Shown here: positions 20,139 through 30,508 of the stretch, piece after piece
How the letters are laid out: each line of letters starts with the position of its first letter
Numbering within the stretch: the stretch's first letter is position 1
DNA from: Anaerolineales bacterium
Lineage (GTDB): Bacteria; Chloroflexota; Anaerolineae; Anaerolineales; DRKV01
Direction of reading: 5' to 3'
Length of the DNA: 64,000 nucleotides
Assembly: GCA_034429745.1 (NCBI GenBank)
Contig: DAOUFY010000014.1
Coordinates: 23,538 to 87,537, forward strand
Notes under the pieces: generated by a model
Told to the model about the DNA's origin: nothing
What the model saw: the letters and a program-made list of their open reading frames with translations, nothing else
The model's database searches: none
Made by a program: the position numbers and the translations under genes

Positions 20139-21620
20139 TTAGAAATTGTTTTCCTCAATCAACTTGAGAAAAACCTCAACAATTTTAGGGTCAAAGTGCT
20201 TGCCGGCTTGAGAGCGGATGTATTCTTTGGCATCTGTTTTTGTCCAAGCTGGGCTGTAGGGGCGATCTGAGATCAGCGCGTCCCAAACGTCAACTACAGC
20301 AAAAATGCGGGCAGCTAAGGGAATTTCTTCCCCTTTCAAACCGCGCGGGTAGCCGCTGCCATCCCAGCGTTCATGATGAGCATAGGGAATATCTAGGGCC
20401 GGAGCCAAGTATTGAATGGGTGCAAGCAGTTGATATGCATAAATAGGGTGCTGACGCATGATATTCCATTCGTCATCAGTGAGTTTTCCGGGCTTCAGCA
20501 GAATATGGTCTGGGATGCCCATCTTGCCAATGTCATGCAGCAGCGCACCGCGCCGGATGTGCACCAGCTCTTCATCGCTGAGCCCTAAAGCTTTGGCAAG
20601 TCCGAGAGTTAGGCTGACTACCCGCTGGCTATGTCCAGCCGTTTCGCGTTCGCGCATTTCTAAAGCGCGCGACCATCCTTCCAGTGTAGAATCATAAGCC
20701 AATGAGAGTTCGAGGTTAGCTTGGCGAACGCGTTCTTCTGACTTTTTACGCTGGATCAGCAGCTGGGCTTGGTCGGCAACAAAATTGAGAACAGCCAACT
20801 CTTTTTCGCTATAGACTGGTTCATCTTGATAATTTAGGGCGGCGATGACTCCAAGCGGACCGTTCTCACCCGTTAAGATGGCACCCATCCATTCTTGAGG
20901 CAGCGGTGAACGGGGTACAACTTCACCCTCCTCAATCAGCTGTTGAATCTGGTGTTGTTTGAACAAGACTGGTTTGCCATTGCGTAGTACATAATCTACC
21001 AAGCCTAAACCCATTTCATGTGGTTCCGGAGTACGCAGGTATTGATCTTGAAAATACGGATACTCAATGATGTTAAGCTCTAGATCATACAAAGCAATGA
21101 AGAAATTATCCGCTACCATCAATTCGCTGATGATAGCATGTAGAAGGCGAAAAAAATCTCCCAAATCCATGTTAACATTGGCAGCCTTTGAGATGACAAA
21201 CAGTGCAGATTGCACAGTTTCTGCCCATTGCCGCTGACGCCGAATTTCTGCTTCGCGCAGTTCGCGCTCTACTGCTGGTACCAAACGCGCCAAATTGTCT
21301 TTCATCAGGTAATCGCTGGCGCCGGATTTCATAGCTGCTACGGCAGTTCCCTCGCCAATGGTGCCGGAGAGGATGATGAAAGGGATATCGAGCCCTTTTT
21401 CGCGATAGATTTCTAAGGCGGCTATGCCGTTGAATTTGGGCAAAGAATAATCGGAGAAGATAACATCCCACTGCTCGCTTGCTAAGGCTTGCAGCATGCC
21501 TTCTTTTGTATCTACAAGAAGATAGTATGGATTGTAGCCGCCCTTTTTCAACTCACGCAGAAGGAGTTCTGCATCATCTTCATTATCTTCGATGATTAGT
21601 GCTTTTAGTGGTTTTTCCAT
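20139..21620 (-). CDS. Response regulator with REC-GAF-HD-GYP architecture (c-di-GMP phosphodiesterase)
   Basis: REC (ALIIEDNEDD.., DVIFSDYSLP), a GAF-like middle region, and HD-GYP motifs HDIGK and HHERWDGSGYPRGL. Confidence 0.9.
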   Translation of the reverse strand: MEKPLKALIIEDNEDDAELLLRELKKGGYNPYYLLVDTKEGMLQALASEQWDVIFSDYSLPKFNGIAALEIYREKGLDIPFIILSGTIGEGTAVAAMKSGASDYLMKDNLARLVPAVERELREAEIRRQRQWAETVQSALFVISKAANVNMDLGDFFRLLHAIISELMVADNFFIALYDLELNIIEYPYFQDQYLRTPEPHEMGLGLVDYVLRNGKPVLFKQHQIQQLIEEGEVVPRSPLPQEWMGAILTGENGPLGVIAALNYQDEPVYSEKELAVLNFVADQAQLLIQRKKSEERVRQANLELSLAYDSTLEGWSRALEMRERETAGHSQRVVSLTLGLAKALGLSDEELVHIRRGALLHDIGKMGIPDHILLKPGKLTDDEWNIMRQHPIYAYQLLAPIQYLAPALDIPYAHHERWDGSGYPRGLKGEEIPLAARIFAVVDVWDALISDRPYSPAWTKTDAKEYIRSQAGKHFDPKIVEVFLKLIEENNF

Positions 21621-21651
21621 GTTTGTAATATTTTTCTATATTTGCCTATGC

Positions 21652-22104
21652 TTAGGCTCCTGTAATTTTGGGTGGAGGCTGGTTGATAAGCAGCCAATAT
21701 ATTCCCAGCATCCCAACAGCTCGATTGAACTGCTCAAAGTCCACAGGCTTGCGCACGTAACTGTTGGCGCCTAAACGGTAACTGGTTATAATATCCTTTT
21801 CTTCATTAGAGGTCGTAAGCACAACAACTGGTACGAGGCTCGTACGCTCATCAGCTCGTAAGCGCCTCAGCACCTCAATGCCATCTATTTTTGGCAGCTT
21901 TAAGTCAAGCAGAATAACGCAGGGTGTATCTTGGGGATTGCGATAAGTATAGTTTCCGCTGGCAAACAAGTAATCCAATGCCTCTGCACCGTCGCGAGCA
22001 ACAACTACGGGATTAGGAATGTTATTCTTCTTTAACGCGCGCAATGCCAATGCTTCGTCATCCGGATTGTCTTCCACGAGGAGTATGGTGCCTTCTGTGT
22101 TCAT
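21652..22104 (-). CDS. Single-domain response regulator (Rcp1/CheY-like)
   Basis: 150 aa, REC only ([10 protein letters not shown].., [22 protein letters not shown]). Sits directly downstream of the 1447-aa kinase. Confidence 0.9.
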   Translation of the reverse strand: MNTEGTILLVEDNPDDEALALRALKKNNIPNPVVVARDGAEALDYLFASGNYTYRNPQDTPCVILLDLKLPKIDGIEVLRRLRADERTSLVPVVVLTTSNEEKDIITSYRLGANSYVRKPVDFEQFNRAVGMLGIYWLLINQPPPKITGA

Positions 22105-22174
22105 TTTTCTTCCTAATTGGTCAATATTTGTTGTTTTTGTTGCTTATGTTCATTATCGCCAAAAACACAAAAAC

Positions 22175-25100
22175 CTAAAGGGTAAAGAAAACCGTTGTGC
22201 CTTGATCAAGCGCACTTTCAGCCCATACTCTACCACCGTGACGTTGGATGACGCGATAGACTGTAGCTAAGCCAATCCCTGTACCTTCAAATTCTGAAAT
22301 ATGATGCAGACGCTGAAATGCTCCAAAAATTTTATTAACGTAAGCCATGTCAAAGCCAACCCCATTATCGCGTACGAAAAATACCTGCTCACCATGCTGC
22401 ACTGTTTCACCAAATTCAATAACCGCGTATGGTTTTGGCGCAGTGAATTTCCAAGCATTATCCAAAAGATTGGTAAGCGCCATACGCATCAAATTTGGAT
22501 CAGCTTCAACGATCACATCTGGCTTTATTATAACCTGAATTTTACGTTCTGGGTGAATCAATTGCATTTCTTGCAGAAAAGATTCGGCAATTTGACTCAA
22601 GTTAATGGGTATCCTCACGAGATTGGCGCGAGTAACCCGCGAGAGCTTAAGCAAGTCATCAATGATCTGTCCCATTCTTTGACTAGCTTTGCGTATTCGT
22701 TCTAAGTAGTGAACAGCTTGTCCTTCTAAGGCTTTTCCATAATCTTCCAATAGAGCTTGGCTGAATCCATCAATGCCGCGCAGAGGGGAGCGCAGGTCGT
22801 GAGATACAGCGTAAGCAAAGTCTTCTAACTCGCGGATAGTAGTTGTCAGCTGAGCGGTGCGTTCCATAACGCGTTGTTCCAACTCAGCGTTGAGCTTGCG
22901 CACCTCTTGTTCTGCCTTTTTAATTTCAGTGATATCGCGATTAATGCCTACTGTACCGAATATCTCACCATGCTCATCATAAAGCGGGATCTTGGTTACA
23001 GAAAGCCAATGTTCTGTCCCATCGGCGAGTTTTTCAAGCCGCTCAACATTGATCATGGGCCTCCCGCTTTCGATGATAGCTTTCTCTTCGGCTAAAAAAT
23101 TTTGAGCATTTTCAGGGGTGTGAAAATCAAAATCCCATTTTCCTATAATTTGAGAAGGATCACTGAGACCCATAGCGTAAGCTGTAGCTGGGTTGCAGAG
23201 GATAAAGCGGCTGTTGCGATCCTTGACGTAAATATGGTCTGGAGTACCGTTCACAATCGCTTGCAGCAAATGCCGCTCGCGGGAAAGAGCTTCTTGCGCC
23301 AACTTTTGCTCGGTGATATCACGGTTGATGCCTACCAAACCTATAATTTCACCATATTCGTTGCGCCAGCTAACCTTGTTGGTGGAAATCCAGCGCACAT
23401 TGCCATCTTCATCAGTGATTTTTGCTTCGCGATTGACAAGCGGTTGAGCGCTTTGGATAATGAGCTGTTCTTCGGCATAGAAACGCTCAGCAAGATCTTT
23501 GGGGAAGAAGTCAAAATCGGTTTTGCCAATCACTTCCTCAAGGCTGTTCTTACCTAAGGATTTAACTGCCGCTGGGTTGCATAACACAAAGCAGCCTTGC
23601 GTATCTTTAACAAAGACTTGATCAATTGCGCTGTTAATCAACGCTCGCAGCAAATTGCGCTCGCGTTGGATCAACTCTTCGGTTTTCTTTTGCTCAGTAA
23701 TATCGCGGTTGATGCCAATAACACCAATAATTTCTCCTTTTTCGTTTCGCCACGGCACTTTGGTACTGGATACCCATCGCAGCTCGCCGGTTACCCCATC
23801 GCGATAACACTGTTCGCGGTTGAAAAAGGGTTCGCCGGTTTCCATCACGTGCTGTTCTTCGGCAAAGAATTGGGCAGCCAGCGCTTGTTCATGGATGTCG
23901 AAGTCTGTCTTGCCGATTAGGTCATCCGGGTTATTAAAACCATGGCGCTTGGCAAGAGTCGGATTGCATAACACAAAGCGGCTTTGGCGGTCTTTGATGA
24001 AAATGGTATCCGGCGCGTTAATGATGAGGTCGCGTAGCAGATTGCGTTCGCGGATGAGAGCATCTTCTGCTTTTTTTCGTTCCGTGATATCACGTCCTAC
24101 GCCAACAAGGCGGATGATGTTGCCCTCCTTATCGCGGATCGGAATTTTTGTTGTTAATAGGTAACGTTTTTCGCCATGGATATCTTGGGTTACTTCTTCT
24201 TTATTAATGACCGCCTCTCCCTGCTGGAGAACACGCATATCGTCAGCGTAGAATTGTTCGGCAATCTCGCGCGGAAAGAAATCAAAATCCGTTTTCCCTA
24301 ACACTTCTGCCTCTTCTTTTAAGCCCATGAAGAACAGATCAGTGGCATTGGAAAGGGTTTTGCGGGCGTATTTGTCTTTGACGTAAATGGCATCCGGAAT
24401 TTGGTTAATGAGGGTACGCAGGATGGTGCGTTCTTGAGCTAATGCTTCCTCAACTTTCTGCCGCTCAGCGATGAATTGAGCTTGCTGAATGTTTTGAGCA
24501 GCTAGCCGCGAAAGCTGCTTAGCGATGAGATGTAAGGCTGCAGAAATTTTCTTAAACTTTTCTGCCGGCATGCGCGGCACTTCTCTGAGAGCTTGGCGAT
24601 ACTCATCCTTATTAGCCCCAATCACCTCTGCATAAGAGAGCAAATTTTCTTCGTTTGCAGTTTCATCGAGCACTTGTCCAATTACCCAATTGGCAATATG
24701 GCGGTTGCCCACCATGATCGGCGTACTGCTGTTCCAAAGGCCGCTATTGCAGGTAAACAATTTATCTTCTTGCTCGCTTTGATTGCCAATTTCAGCATCA
24801 AAAGCCATGCAATTTTGCAATCCAATATCTGTTTTTCGGATGATATCCTTGCAAAGGCGGCAGAAATGGCTGGGCTGAGTTATTGGACGGCCAACTCCGT
24901 CTGTAATAAGGGAAGCAACGCCGGTGGCTTCGGAGAAAGCATCTTGAATGACTTGAAGTTCTTGAATGTCGAAGAGATCTTCTAGTGTTACGCTGCGCAA
25001 TTGCGTATCTGGGCTGATCAGCTTCAGCAGCCGCTCTTGCAGAGCTTCTTCAGCACGCTTACGCTGCAGGATGGTCCACAAGCCACTCATCATCAGGGTG

Positions 25101-26518
25101 AGTTGATGGGCGTCTTCAGCAGTATAAGCGGTTGGTTTATTGCTCAACCCGACAAGCATGACAATTCGTTCGCCATCGTTGAGAGGAACACCTAAAAAAT
25201 TATTGATCGGTAGATGCCCTAATGGAAGACCTTTTTTATGCGGATGATCGGCGTGATAGTCGTTTAGGATAAACGGTTTGCGTTGACGAAGTGCTTCTGC
25301 CCACAAGCCACCATTTTCAAGGGAAAACTCCAGCGGTTGATCTTGCATTTGACAATTTTCCAGCACCTCTTTTGACCAAGCGTACACCGTCATGGTTGCC
25401 TTATCATCATGGATGAAGCCCAAAAAACCGATCTGGCTTTGGGTGATTTTTATAGCTGCGGATAAGAAATAATCTGCTAAATCTTTCAATGGCTTATCAC
25501 TCATTTGGTAGAGCTGAAGCAGAGCTTCGTTACGGATTTTTTCCTGGCGCAGGGTTTCTTCAGCGATTTTATGTTGCGTAATGTCTTCAAAAGTGCCTAC
25601 CCAGCACAGAGGAGTGCCGTGCTCATCATGGGTTATTACAGCTCGGTCGCGGACCCAAACCACCCGGTCATCTTTGGCTAGCATGCGGTATTCCATATCG
25701 AAAGGTTCACGGCTTTGATTGGTACGCCAGTGCTCTTGCTGTACTCGCTCAAGATCGTCGGGGTGTATTATCTTAAACCAAAAATCTGGCTGCGAAAACC
25801 ACTCTGGAATGGAATAGCCAAACATTTTTTCAATTTGCGGGCTAACGTAGATGGAAGAACTGCTTTCATCAATTGCGTCTATGTATGTAACGGCTTCTAT
25901 ATTTTCAAGGGTGCCGCGATAAAAAGCAGAGGTTTTTGCAAGCTCTTGCTCGGCAAGCTGCTGTTTTTTAAGGGTTTCCAATAGTTGTTTGCGTTCTTTT
26001 GCTAGCGCAGCAAAGTTTTGAGCAATTTGGGTGATCAAAGAGAAAGCGGGCGCCATTTTTTCTTTTGGCACCTGCGGTACTTTCTGCAGAGCTTGTAGGT
26101 AGTCTTGTTCATCGAATCCATATTGTTGAGCTTGCTGGCGATAAAATTCTTCCTGTGGGGGTTCATGAAAGAACTGTCCAACGAAAATACTGGCAATTTT
26201 TTCACCATCAACAATAATTGGGGCGGCATAATCCCACAATCCGTGAGCGCAGCGTTCACCGCATATGGCATTTGAGGAAAGGCGCAAAAATAGTTCCTGA
26301 TTGCTCTGCTGGCAAAGCTGTTCACTTTGGGGGTTAGCGCGATGAAATTGCAAGCAAAGATCTTGCCATCCCGCTGCGATGAGGATTTGGTTTTGATTGT
26401 CCACCAGCGCGCTGGCAAAGCCGGTAAGCTGGGAAAAAGATTGCAAAATTTGCTCAAAAGCAGCTAGGTCTAACCACTCAGCTGTTGGGTGGTCAGCTAG
26501 CGGATAGCTGTTCATCAC
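22175..26518 (-). CDS. Cytoplasmic multi-sensor histidine kinase: PocR-PAS-GAF-PocR-4xPAS-HisKA-HATPase
   Basis: 1447 aa with no obvious TM. Two Cys-rich PocR-like modules. Repeated PAS units each end in G(I/V)(N/G)RDITE(Q/R/I)K. H-box [10 protein letters not shown]. HATPase motifs [23 protein letters not shown]. Confidence 0.9.
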   Translation of the reverse strand: MMNSYPLADHPTAEWLDLAAFEQILQSFSQLTGFASALVDNQNQILIAAGWQDLCLQFHRANPQSEQLCQQSNQELFLRLSSNAICGERCAHGLWDYAAPIIVDGEKIASIFVGQFFHEPPQEEFYRQQAQQYGFDEQDYLQALQKVPQVPKEKMAPAFSLITQIAQNFAALAKERKQLLETLKKQQLAEQELAKTSAFYRGTLENIEAVTYIDAIDESSSSIYVSPQIEKMFGYSIPEWFSQPDFWFKIIHPDDLERVQQEHWRTNQSREPFDMEYRMLAKDDRVVWVRDRAVITHDEHGTPLCWVGTFEDITQHKIAEETLRQEKIRNEALLQLYQMSDKPLKDLADYFLSAAIKITQSQIGFLGFIHDDKATMTVYAWSKEVLENCQMQDQPLEFSLENGGLWAEALRQRKPFILNDYHADHPHKKGLPLGHLPINNFLGVPLNDGERIVMLVGLSNKPTAYTAEDAHQLTLMMSGLWTILQRKRAEEALQERLLKLISPDTQLRSVTLEDLFDIQELQVIQDAFSEATGVASLITDGVGRPITQPSHFCRLCKDIIRKTDIGLQNCMAFDAEIGNQSEQEDKLFTCNSGLWNSSTPIMVGNRHIANWVIGQVLDETANEENLLSYAEVIGANKDEYRQALREVPRMPAEKFKKISAALHLIAKQLSRLAAQNIQQAQFIAERQKVEEALAQERTILRTLINQIPDAIYVKDKYARKTLSNATDLFFMGLKEEAEVLGKTDFDFFPREIAEQFYADDMRVLQQGEAVINKEEVTQDIHGEKRYLLTTKIPIRDKEGNIIRLVGVGRDITERKKAEDALIRERNLLRDLIINAPDTIFIKDRQSRFVLCNPTLAKRHGFNNPDDLIGKTDFDIHEQALAAQFFAEEQHVMETGEPFFNREQCYRDGVTGELRWVSSTKVPWRNEKGEIIGVIGINRDITEQKKTEELIQRERNLLRALINSAIDQVFVKDTQGCFVLCNPAAVKSLGKNSLEEVIGKTDFDFFPKDLAERFYAEEQLIIQSAQPLVNREAKITDEDGNVRWISTNKVSWRNEYGEIIGLVGINRDITEQKLAQEALSRERHLLQAIVNGTPDHIYVKDRNSRFILCNPATAYAMGLSDPSQIIGKWDFDFHTPENAQNFLAEEKAIIESGRPMINVERLEKLADGTEHWLSVTKIPLYDEHGEIFGTVGINRDITEIKKAEQEVRKLNAELEQRVMERTAQLTTTIRELEDFAYAVSHDLRSPLRGIDGFSQALLEDYGKALEGQAVHYLERIRKASQRMGQIIDDLLKLSRVTRANLVRIPINLSQIAESFLQEMQLIHPERKIQVIIKPDVIVEADPNLMRMALTNLLDNAWKFTAPKPYAVIEFGETVQHGEQVFFVRDNGVGFDMAYVNKIFGAFQRLHHISEFEGTGIGLATVYRVIQRHGGRVWAESALDQGTTVFFTL

Positions 26519-26981
26519 GGCTGCCTCCTTGGCTGGTCAAAAGAGGCGGGTTTTGGTTAAGCAGCAGCCAATACATTCCTAACTGACCAACCGCGGTAAT
26601 GAATTGATCGAAATCTACGGGTTTGAGGACATAGCTGTTAGCACCTAAGCTGTAACTTTCGAGCATATCGCGTTCTTCATTGGAAGTTGTGAGCACAACC
26701 ACTGGTATAAGTTGTGTTAGTGATTCTGCGCGCAGGCGGCGCAGTACCTCAAGTCCATCTACTTTTGGCAATTTTAGATCGAGCAGGATTAATACAGGAA
26801 GTTGATTAGGATTGCGGTCATGGTACTGACCTTCAGCGAAAAGGTAGTCTAGTGCTTCAGCTCCATCACGAACAACTACGACAGGGTTGGCGATAAAATT
26901 TTTCTTTAGAGCACGGATTGTCAGTGCTTCGTCATCGGGGTTGTCTTCAACCAAGAGAATTGCATTTTGATTGATGCACAT
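26493..26981 (-). CDS. Single-domain response regulator, paralog of 21652-22104
   Basis: Start placed at ATG 26981 ([18 protein letters not shown]), preceded by a GGAAAGAAGGA purine tract. Roughly 70% identical by eye to the other REC. Its 3' end overlaps the downstream kinase start by 26 nt. Confidence 0.9.
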   Translation of the reverse strand: MCINQNAILLVEDNPDDEALTIRALKKNFIANPVVVVRDGAEALDYLFAEGQYHDRNPNQLPVLILLDLKLPKVDGLEVLRRLRAESLTQLIPVVVLTTSNEERDMLESYSLGANSYVLKPVDFDQFITAVGQLGMYWLLLNQNPPLLTSQGGSRDEQLSAS

Positions 26982-27138
26982 GTTTATTCCTTCTTTCCAT
27001 AATGAAAATTGATAATCAGAACCCACCTCTCTGTTATGAATATTTTATAAAAATTTTTTATTGTTGTCAACAATTAAAAGATTACAAAATTATTTACATT
27101 TTTGGCAATCGAGTGAAGAAAAGCATGCTCGGGAATAT

Positions 27139-30100
27139 TTAATGGGGCAAAATAAAGAAAAAAGTTGTACCGCGTTCCACCTCGCTGTGCGCCCAAATTT
27201 TACCCCCGTGACGTAAAACAATGCGCTGCACAGTAGCTAACCCAATACCTGTACCTTCAAATTCGGCGTCAGTGTGAAGACGTTGGAAGGCTTTGAACAA
27301 GCGGTCGGAATAAGCCATATCGAAGCCCGCCCCATCATCACGCACGAAGATAACGCGCTGCCCATTCTGCCAAAATTCACCTAGTTCAATAGTAGCAGAG
27401 GGGTGTTTAGAGGTGAATTTCCAGGCATTGCTCAGCAAGTTGGTGAGCAAGATGCCCATGAGATTGCGATCTGCTTGAACGATGATTTCGGATGGTGCAA
27501 TAAAAGTAACCTTTCGGTAAGGCTGTTCAGCTTGCCATTCTTCAATAATTGAGCGAGCAATTTGGCTGAGGTTGATGGCAACAATCTGCATCTCGGCGCG
27601 GGTAACCCGCGAAAGCATGAGCAAATCATCAATTAAGGCAGCCATGCGTTGGCTGGCAGAGCGAATTCTTTGCAGATAATTTCTGCCTTGTTCATCCAAT
27701 TGTTCAGCATAGTCTTCCAATAAAGCAAGGCTGAAGCCGTCTAAGGTGCGCAGCGGAGCGCGCAAATCGTGCGAAACGGAATAGGAAAAGGATTCCAGCT
27801 CTTGGTTGGCAGCTTGAAGTTGGGCAGTTCGTTCTTGAACGCGCCTTTCTAGTTCCTCATTCAGCAAGCGATATCTGGTTTCGCTTTCCCGCAAAGCTGC
27901 TTCGGTGAGTTTGTAGTTGGTTACATCAATGCCTATTTCCAAAACAGCGGTTTTTCCACGCACTTCGATGGGTACTTTGGTTACTTCAAGCCAGTGTATA
28001 ATGCCAAAGCGGTCGGTGTAGGTTTGATCCTTAAAGGTTTGAATAATCCTACCTGCGATCACTTGTTGGTCATTTTCCAGCGTAAAGCGAGCTTCTGCTT
28101 GATCCATGGCTACATCCAGCAAGGATCTGCCAATGAGTTCTTCCGGTGTCATTTCAAAGCTTTTAGCAAGGGCTGAGTTGACAATGATGAATTTGCCTTC
28201 GCTGTCTTTAATGGAGATGTAATGCGGGATAAGGTCAAGCAATTGACGAAAAAGGCGTTCGCTTTCTTTTAACGCTTGGTTTGCCAGCTTTTGTTCGGTG
28301 ATATCTCTGCCGATGCCAACTAAACCAATAATATTCCCCTGAGAATCACGCAGAGGCAGTTTGGTTGTCAGCACCCAGCGCTGCCGGCCTTTTTTGCTTA
28401 CTGCATGTTCTTCTTTGTTAATAATCGGAACGCCTGAACGGATTACATACATATCGTCTTCGTAATATTGCTTGCCGGCTTCACCAAACCATTCCAGGTC
28501 GGTTTTGCCTAAGACTTCAAACTCGAATTGAGCGCCCATGTTGAGCAGATCAGCTCGGTTGGAAAGGATTTTTCTACCTTGAGCGTCCATGGCGTAAATT
28601 CCATCTGGAATATGTTCAATCAAGGTACGCAATAAGGTGCGTTCACGTGCCAGAGCTGCTTCTGCTTGGCGGCGTTCAGCAAGCTCTTCTTTAGCTTGTT
28701 GGTAGAGACGGGCGTTGGTGAGGGCATTGGCGGTAAAAATGGCCAAAGCTTCTAAAAAGCGCAATTGGCTTTCTTGATAAGCTTCACGTTCATAACTAAT
28801 GACATGAATGATTCCTTGCACTTTTCCTTCAAACAACAGCGGCACCAAGATAACGGCGCCATAATCTCTAAGCTCTGAAGGGAGGGGCTGATCTTCTTCA
28901 GGTGAGTTTTGTTTTAAGGAGCAAAGTACCTCTAGAATACTATCTAGTTCTCTTTGATCAGTGATCAGTAGGGGCTGTGTGCCATAAAAAAGTTGAGATA
29001 TCAGGGCATTATAGCAACTGAATGGCGAAGAGAAGGTGGACTGCTCTGGAAGTTTTGCTAGCTCTTCTTGGCTTTTAAGCAAGATGGATAACGCGCGCAT
29101 TTGGTGGGCATTTTGCGCCTCACCTTGCAAACAAAAGTAACCGCAGGTGAGCATTTGAGCATAGGCATCGAATTGAAAAATATAGAGTTCATCTACCCTA
29201 AGCATAGAGCGGATAAATGTGCAAAACGTGTTGTAAACATCATCTATGCTTAACGTGCGGTTTAGCTGAGTACCAGCCCGGTAAAGCTGTTCTAATATTT
29301 CTGCCCGGCGGGATAGTTCTTCCTGCTGGGTGATTACTTCGGTAATATCGCGCCCTACACCGATCAAACCAATCACTTTACCATGTTGATCAAAAAATGG
29401 CACCTTAGAGGTGAGCAACCAGCGTAATTCTCCGTTGGGCAAGAGGATTTTTTCTTTTTTGTTAAGTATGGTTTTGCCTTCATGAATAACGGCCATATCA
29501 TCGGCATAAAAAGCAGCGCCGATCTCGGCGGGGAAAAGTTCAAGGTCGGTTTTGCCAAGGATATCAGCTTCGTGTTGTGCCCCACAATAGGTTACATCCT
29601 TTGTATTGGCAAGCACTTTGCGGGCTTGGGTATCTTTGATGTACACCAACGTAGGCAGGTTATCAACTAAGGTACGCAGCAAGGAGCGCTGCTCTAACAG
29701 TTCTGTTTCCTTTTGGCGAATGGTATCAGCCGCAGCATAAATGGCATGCTGCAGCGGCTGCAGTTCTGGCACGATGCGCTCATTCAGTAAATTGGGCTCT
29801 TGAAAGTTGGCTAAGGCTTGCACCTGATGCTGCAAATTCGCTAAAGGTGTTTGTAAAAAATGGTTTAATAACCAGGTGGTTGCTGCAAAGATTACTAGAG
29901 CTGCCGAAATGAAAATAGCCAACGAAATCAACACTAGGCGTCTTAATTGCTCTTCATATTCTTTTAGCGAAAAAATTACCGTAACTTCACCTATCAGTTC
30001 ATCCTGGAATTTGACAATGGAAGTTTTTACCATTTTTGCAGCATCACTAAGGGGAGCTGTGATTCTTATGGCTATGTTATTATTTCGATCTTTTATAGTT

Positions 30101-30402
30101 ATAGCTTTGACGATGTGATGGCTTAGATATGTATTGCTGATGGTGTGGAGGGTTTCAAGATCTCGTTCTGCGAGCGGTTTGGCAATAACGGAAGCTAGGG
30201 TGCGCATATGAGCTTCAGCATCATGATCTAGTTCATGACGGAGCGTAATTGCAGTATAATAATAACTAAGCCCACTGGCTATGAAAGCAAAAAGGATCAG
30301 CACTATGGCAAGACTAAAGACAAACTGCCTTGTCAGTGAATTTTTTTGAAAGATGAGTTTTAAGTACCCAAACGAAAAGCGTTCCATTTGGTTGACCAAC
30401 AA
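27139..30402 (-). CDS. Membrane multi-sensor histidine kinase: TM-periplasmic-TM-HAMP-PAS-GAF-PAS-PAS-HisKA-HATPase
   Basis: 1087 aa. H-box SVSHDLRAPL; NLLSNAWKF, DDGAGFD, GTGIGLA. The C-terminal ~230 aa are paralogous to the 1447-aa kinase. Start is uncertain (TTG 30402 or ATG 30387). Confidence 0.9.
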   Translation of the reverse strand: MLVNQMERFSFGYLKLIFQKNSLTRQFVFSLAIVLILFAFIASGLSYYYTAITLRHELDHDAEAHMRTLASVIAKPLAERDLETLHTISNTYLSHHIVKAITIKDRNNNIAIRITAPLSDAAKMVKTSIVKFQDELIGEVTVIFSLKEYEEQLRRLVLISLAIFISAALVIFAATTWLLNHFLQTPLANLQHQVQALANFQEPNLLNERIVPELQPLQHAIYAAADTIRQKETELLEQRSLLRTLVDNLPTLVYIKDTQARKVLANTKDVTYCGAQHEADILGKTDLELFPAEIGAAFYADDMAVIHEGKTILNKKEKILLPNGELRWLLTSKVPFFDQHGKVIGLIGVGRDITEVITQQEELSRRAEILEQLYRAGTQLNRTLSIDDVYNTFCTFIRSMLRVDELYIFQFDAYAQMLTCGYFCLQGEAQNAHQMRALSILLKSQEELAKLPEQSTFSSPFSCYNALISQLFYGTQPLLITDQRELDSILEVLCSLKQNSPEEDQPLPSELRDYGAVILVPLLFEGKVQGIIHVISYEREAYQESQLRFLEALAIFTANALTNARLYQQAKEELAERRQAEAALARERTLLRTLIEHIPDGIYAMDAQGRKILSNRADLLNMGAQFEFEVLGKTDLEWFGEAGKQYYEDDMYVIRSGVPIINKEEHAVSKKGRQRWVLTTKLPLRDSQGNIIGLVGIGRDITEQKLANQALKESERLFRQLLDLIPHYISIKDSEGKFIIVNSALAKSFEMTPEELIGRSLLDVAMDQAEARFTLENDQQVIAGRIIQTFKDQTYTDRFGIIHWLEVTKVPIEVRGKTAVLEIGIDVTNYKLTEAALRESETRYRLLNEELERRVQERTAQLQAANQELESFSYSVSHDLRAPLRTLDGFSLALLEDYAEQLDEQGRNYLQRIRSASQRMAALIDDLLMLSRVTRAEMQIVAINLSQIARSIIEEWQAEQPYRKVTFIAPSEIIVQADRNLMGILLTNLLSNAWKFTSKHPSATIELGEFWQNGQRVIFVRDDGAGFDMAYSDRLFKAFQRLHTDAEFEGTGIGLATVQRIVLRHGGKIWAHSEVERGTTFFFILPH

Positions 30403-30508
30403 AATGCAACTGGCTTTTGAAAGATTTGCTTGCTGTAAAAGCGTCTAGTTAATGTACTGGGCTTATAATAATTATACCCCAACTTTGGTTGAAGGCAGAT
30501 AAAAACCT

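Noticed and set aside
22301-26457. Numerous 60-150-aa plus- and minus-strand ORFs nested in the 1447-aa kinase gene (e.g. 22301-22705, 23102-23557, 26035-26457)
   Set aside because: All lie inside a continuous 4.3-kb frame with recognisable PocR/PAS/GAF/HisKA/HATPase motifs. None has its own start signals.
27060-27074. Inverted repeat ATTGTTG-T-CAACAAT upstream of the second REC gene
   Set aside because: The arms are only 7 bp and sit in a very AT-rich spacer, so the chance expectation is high. There is no associated regulator with a DNA-binding domain nearby.
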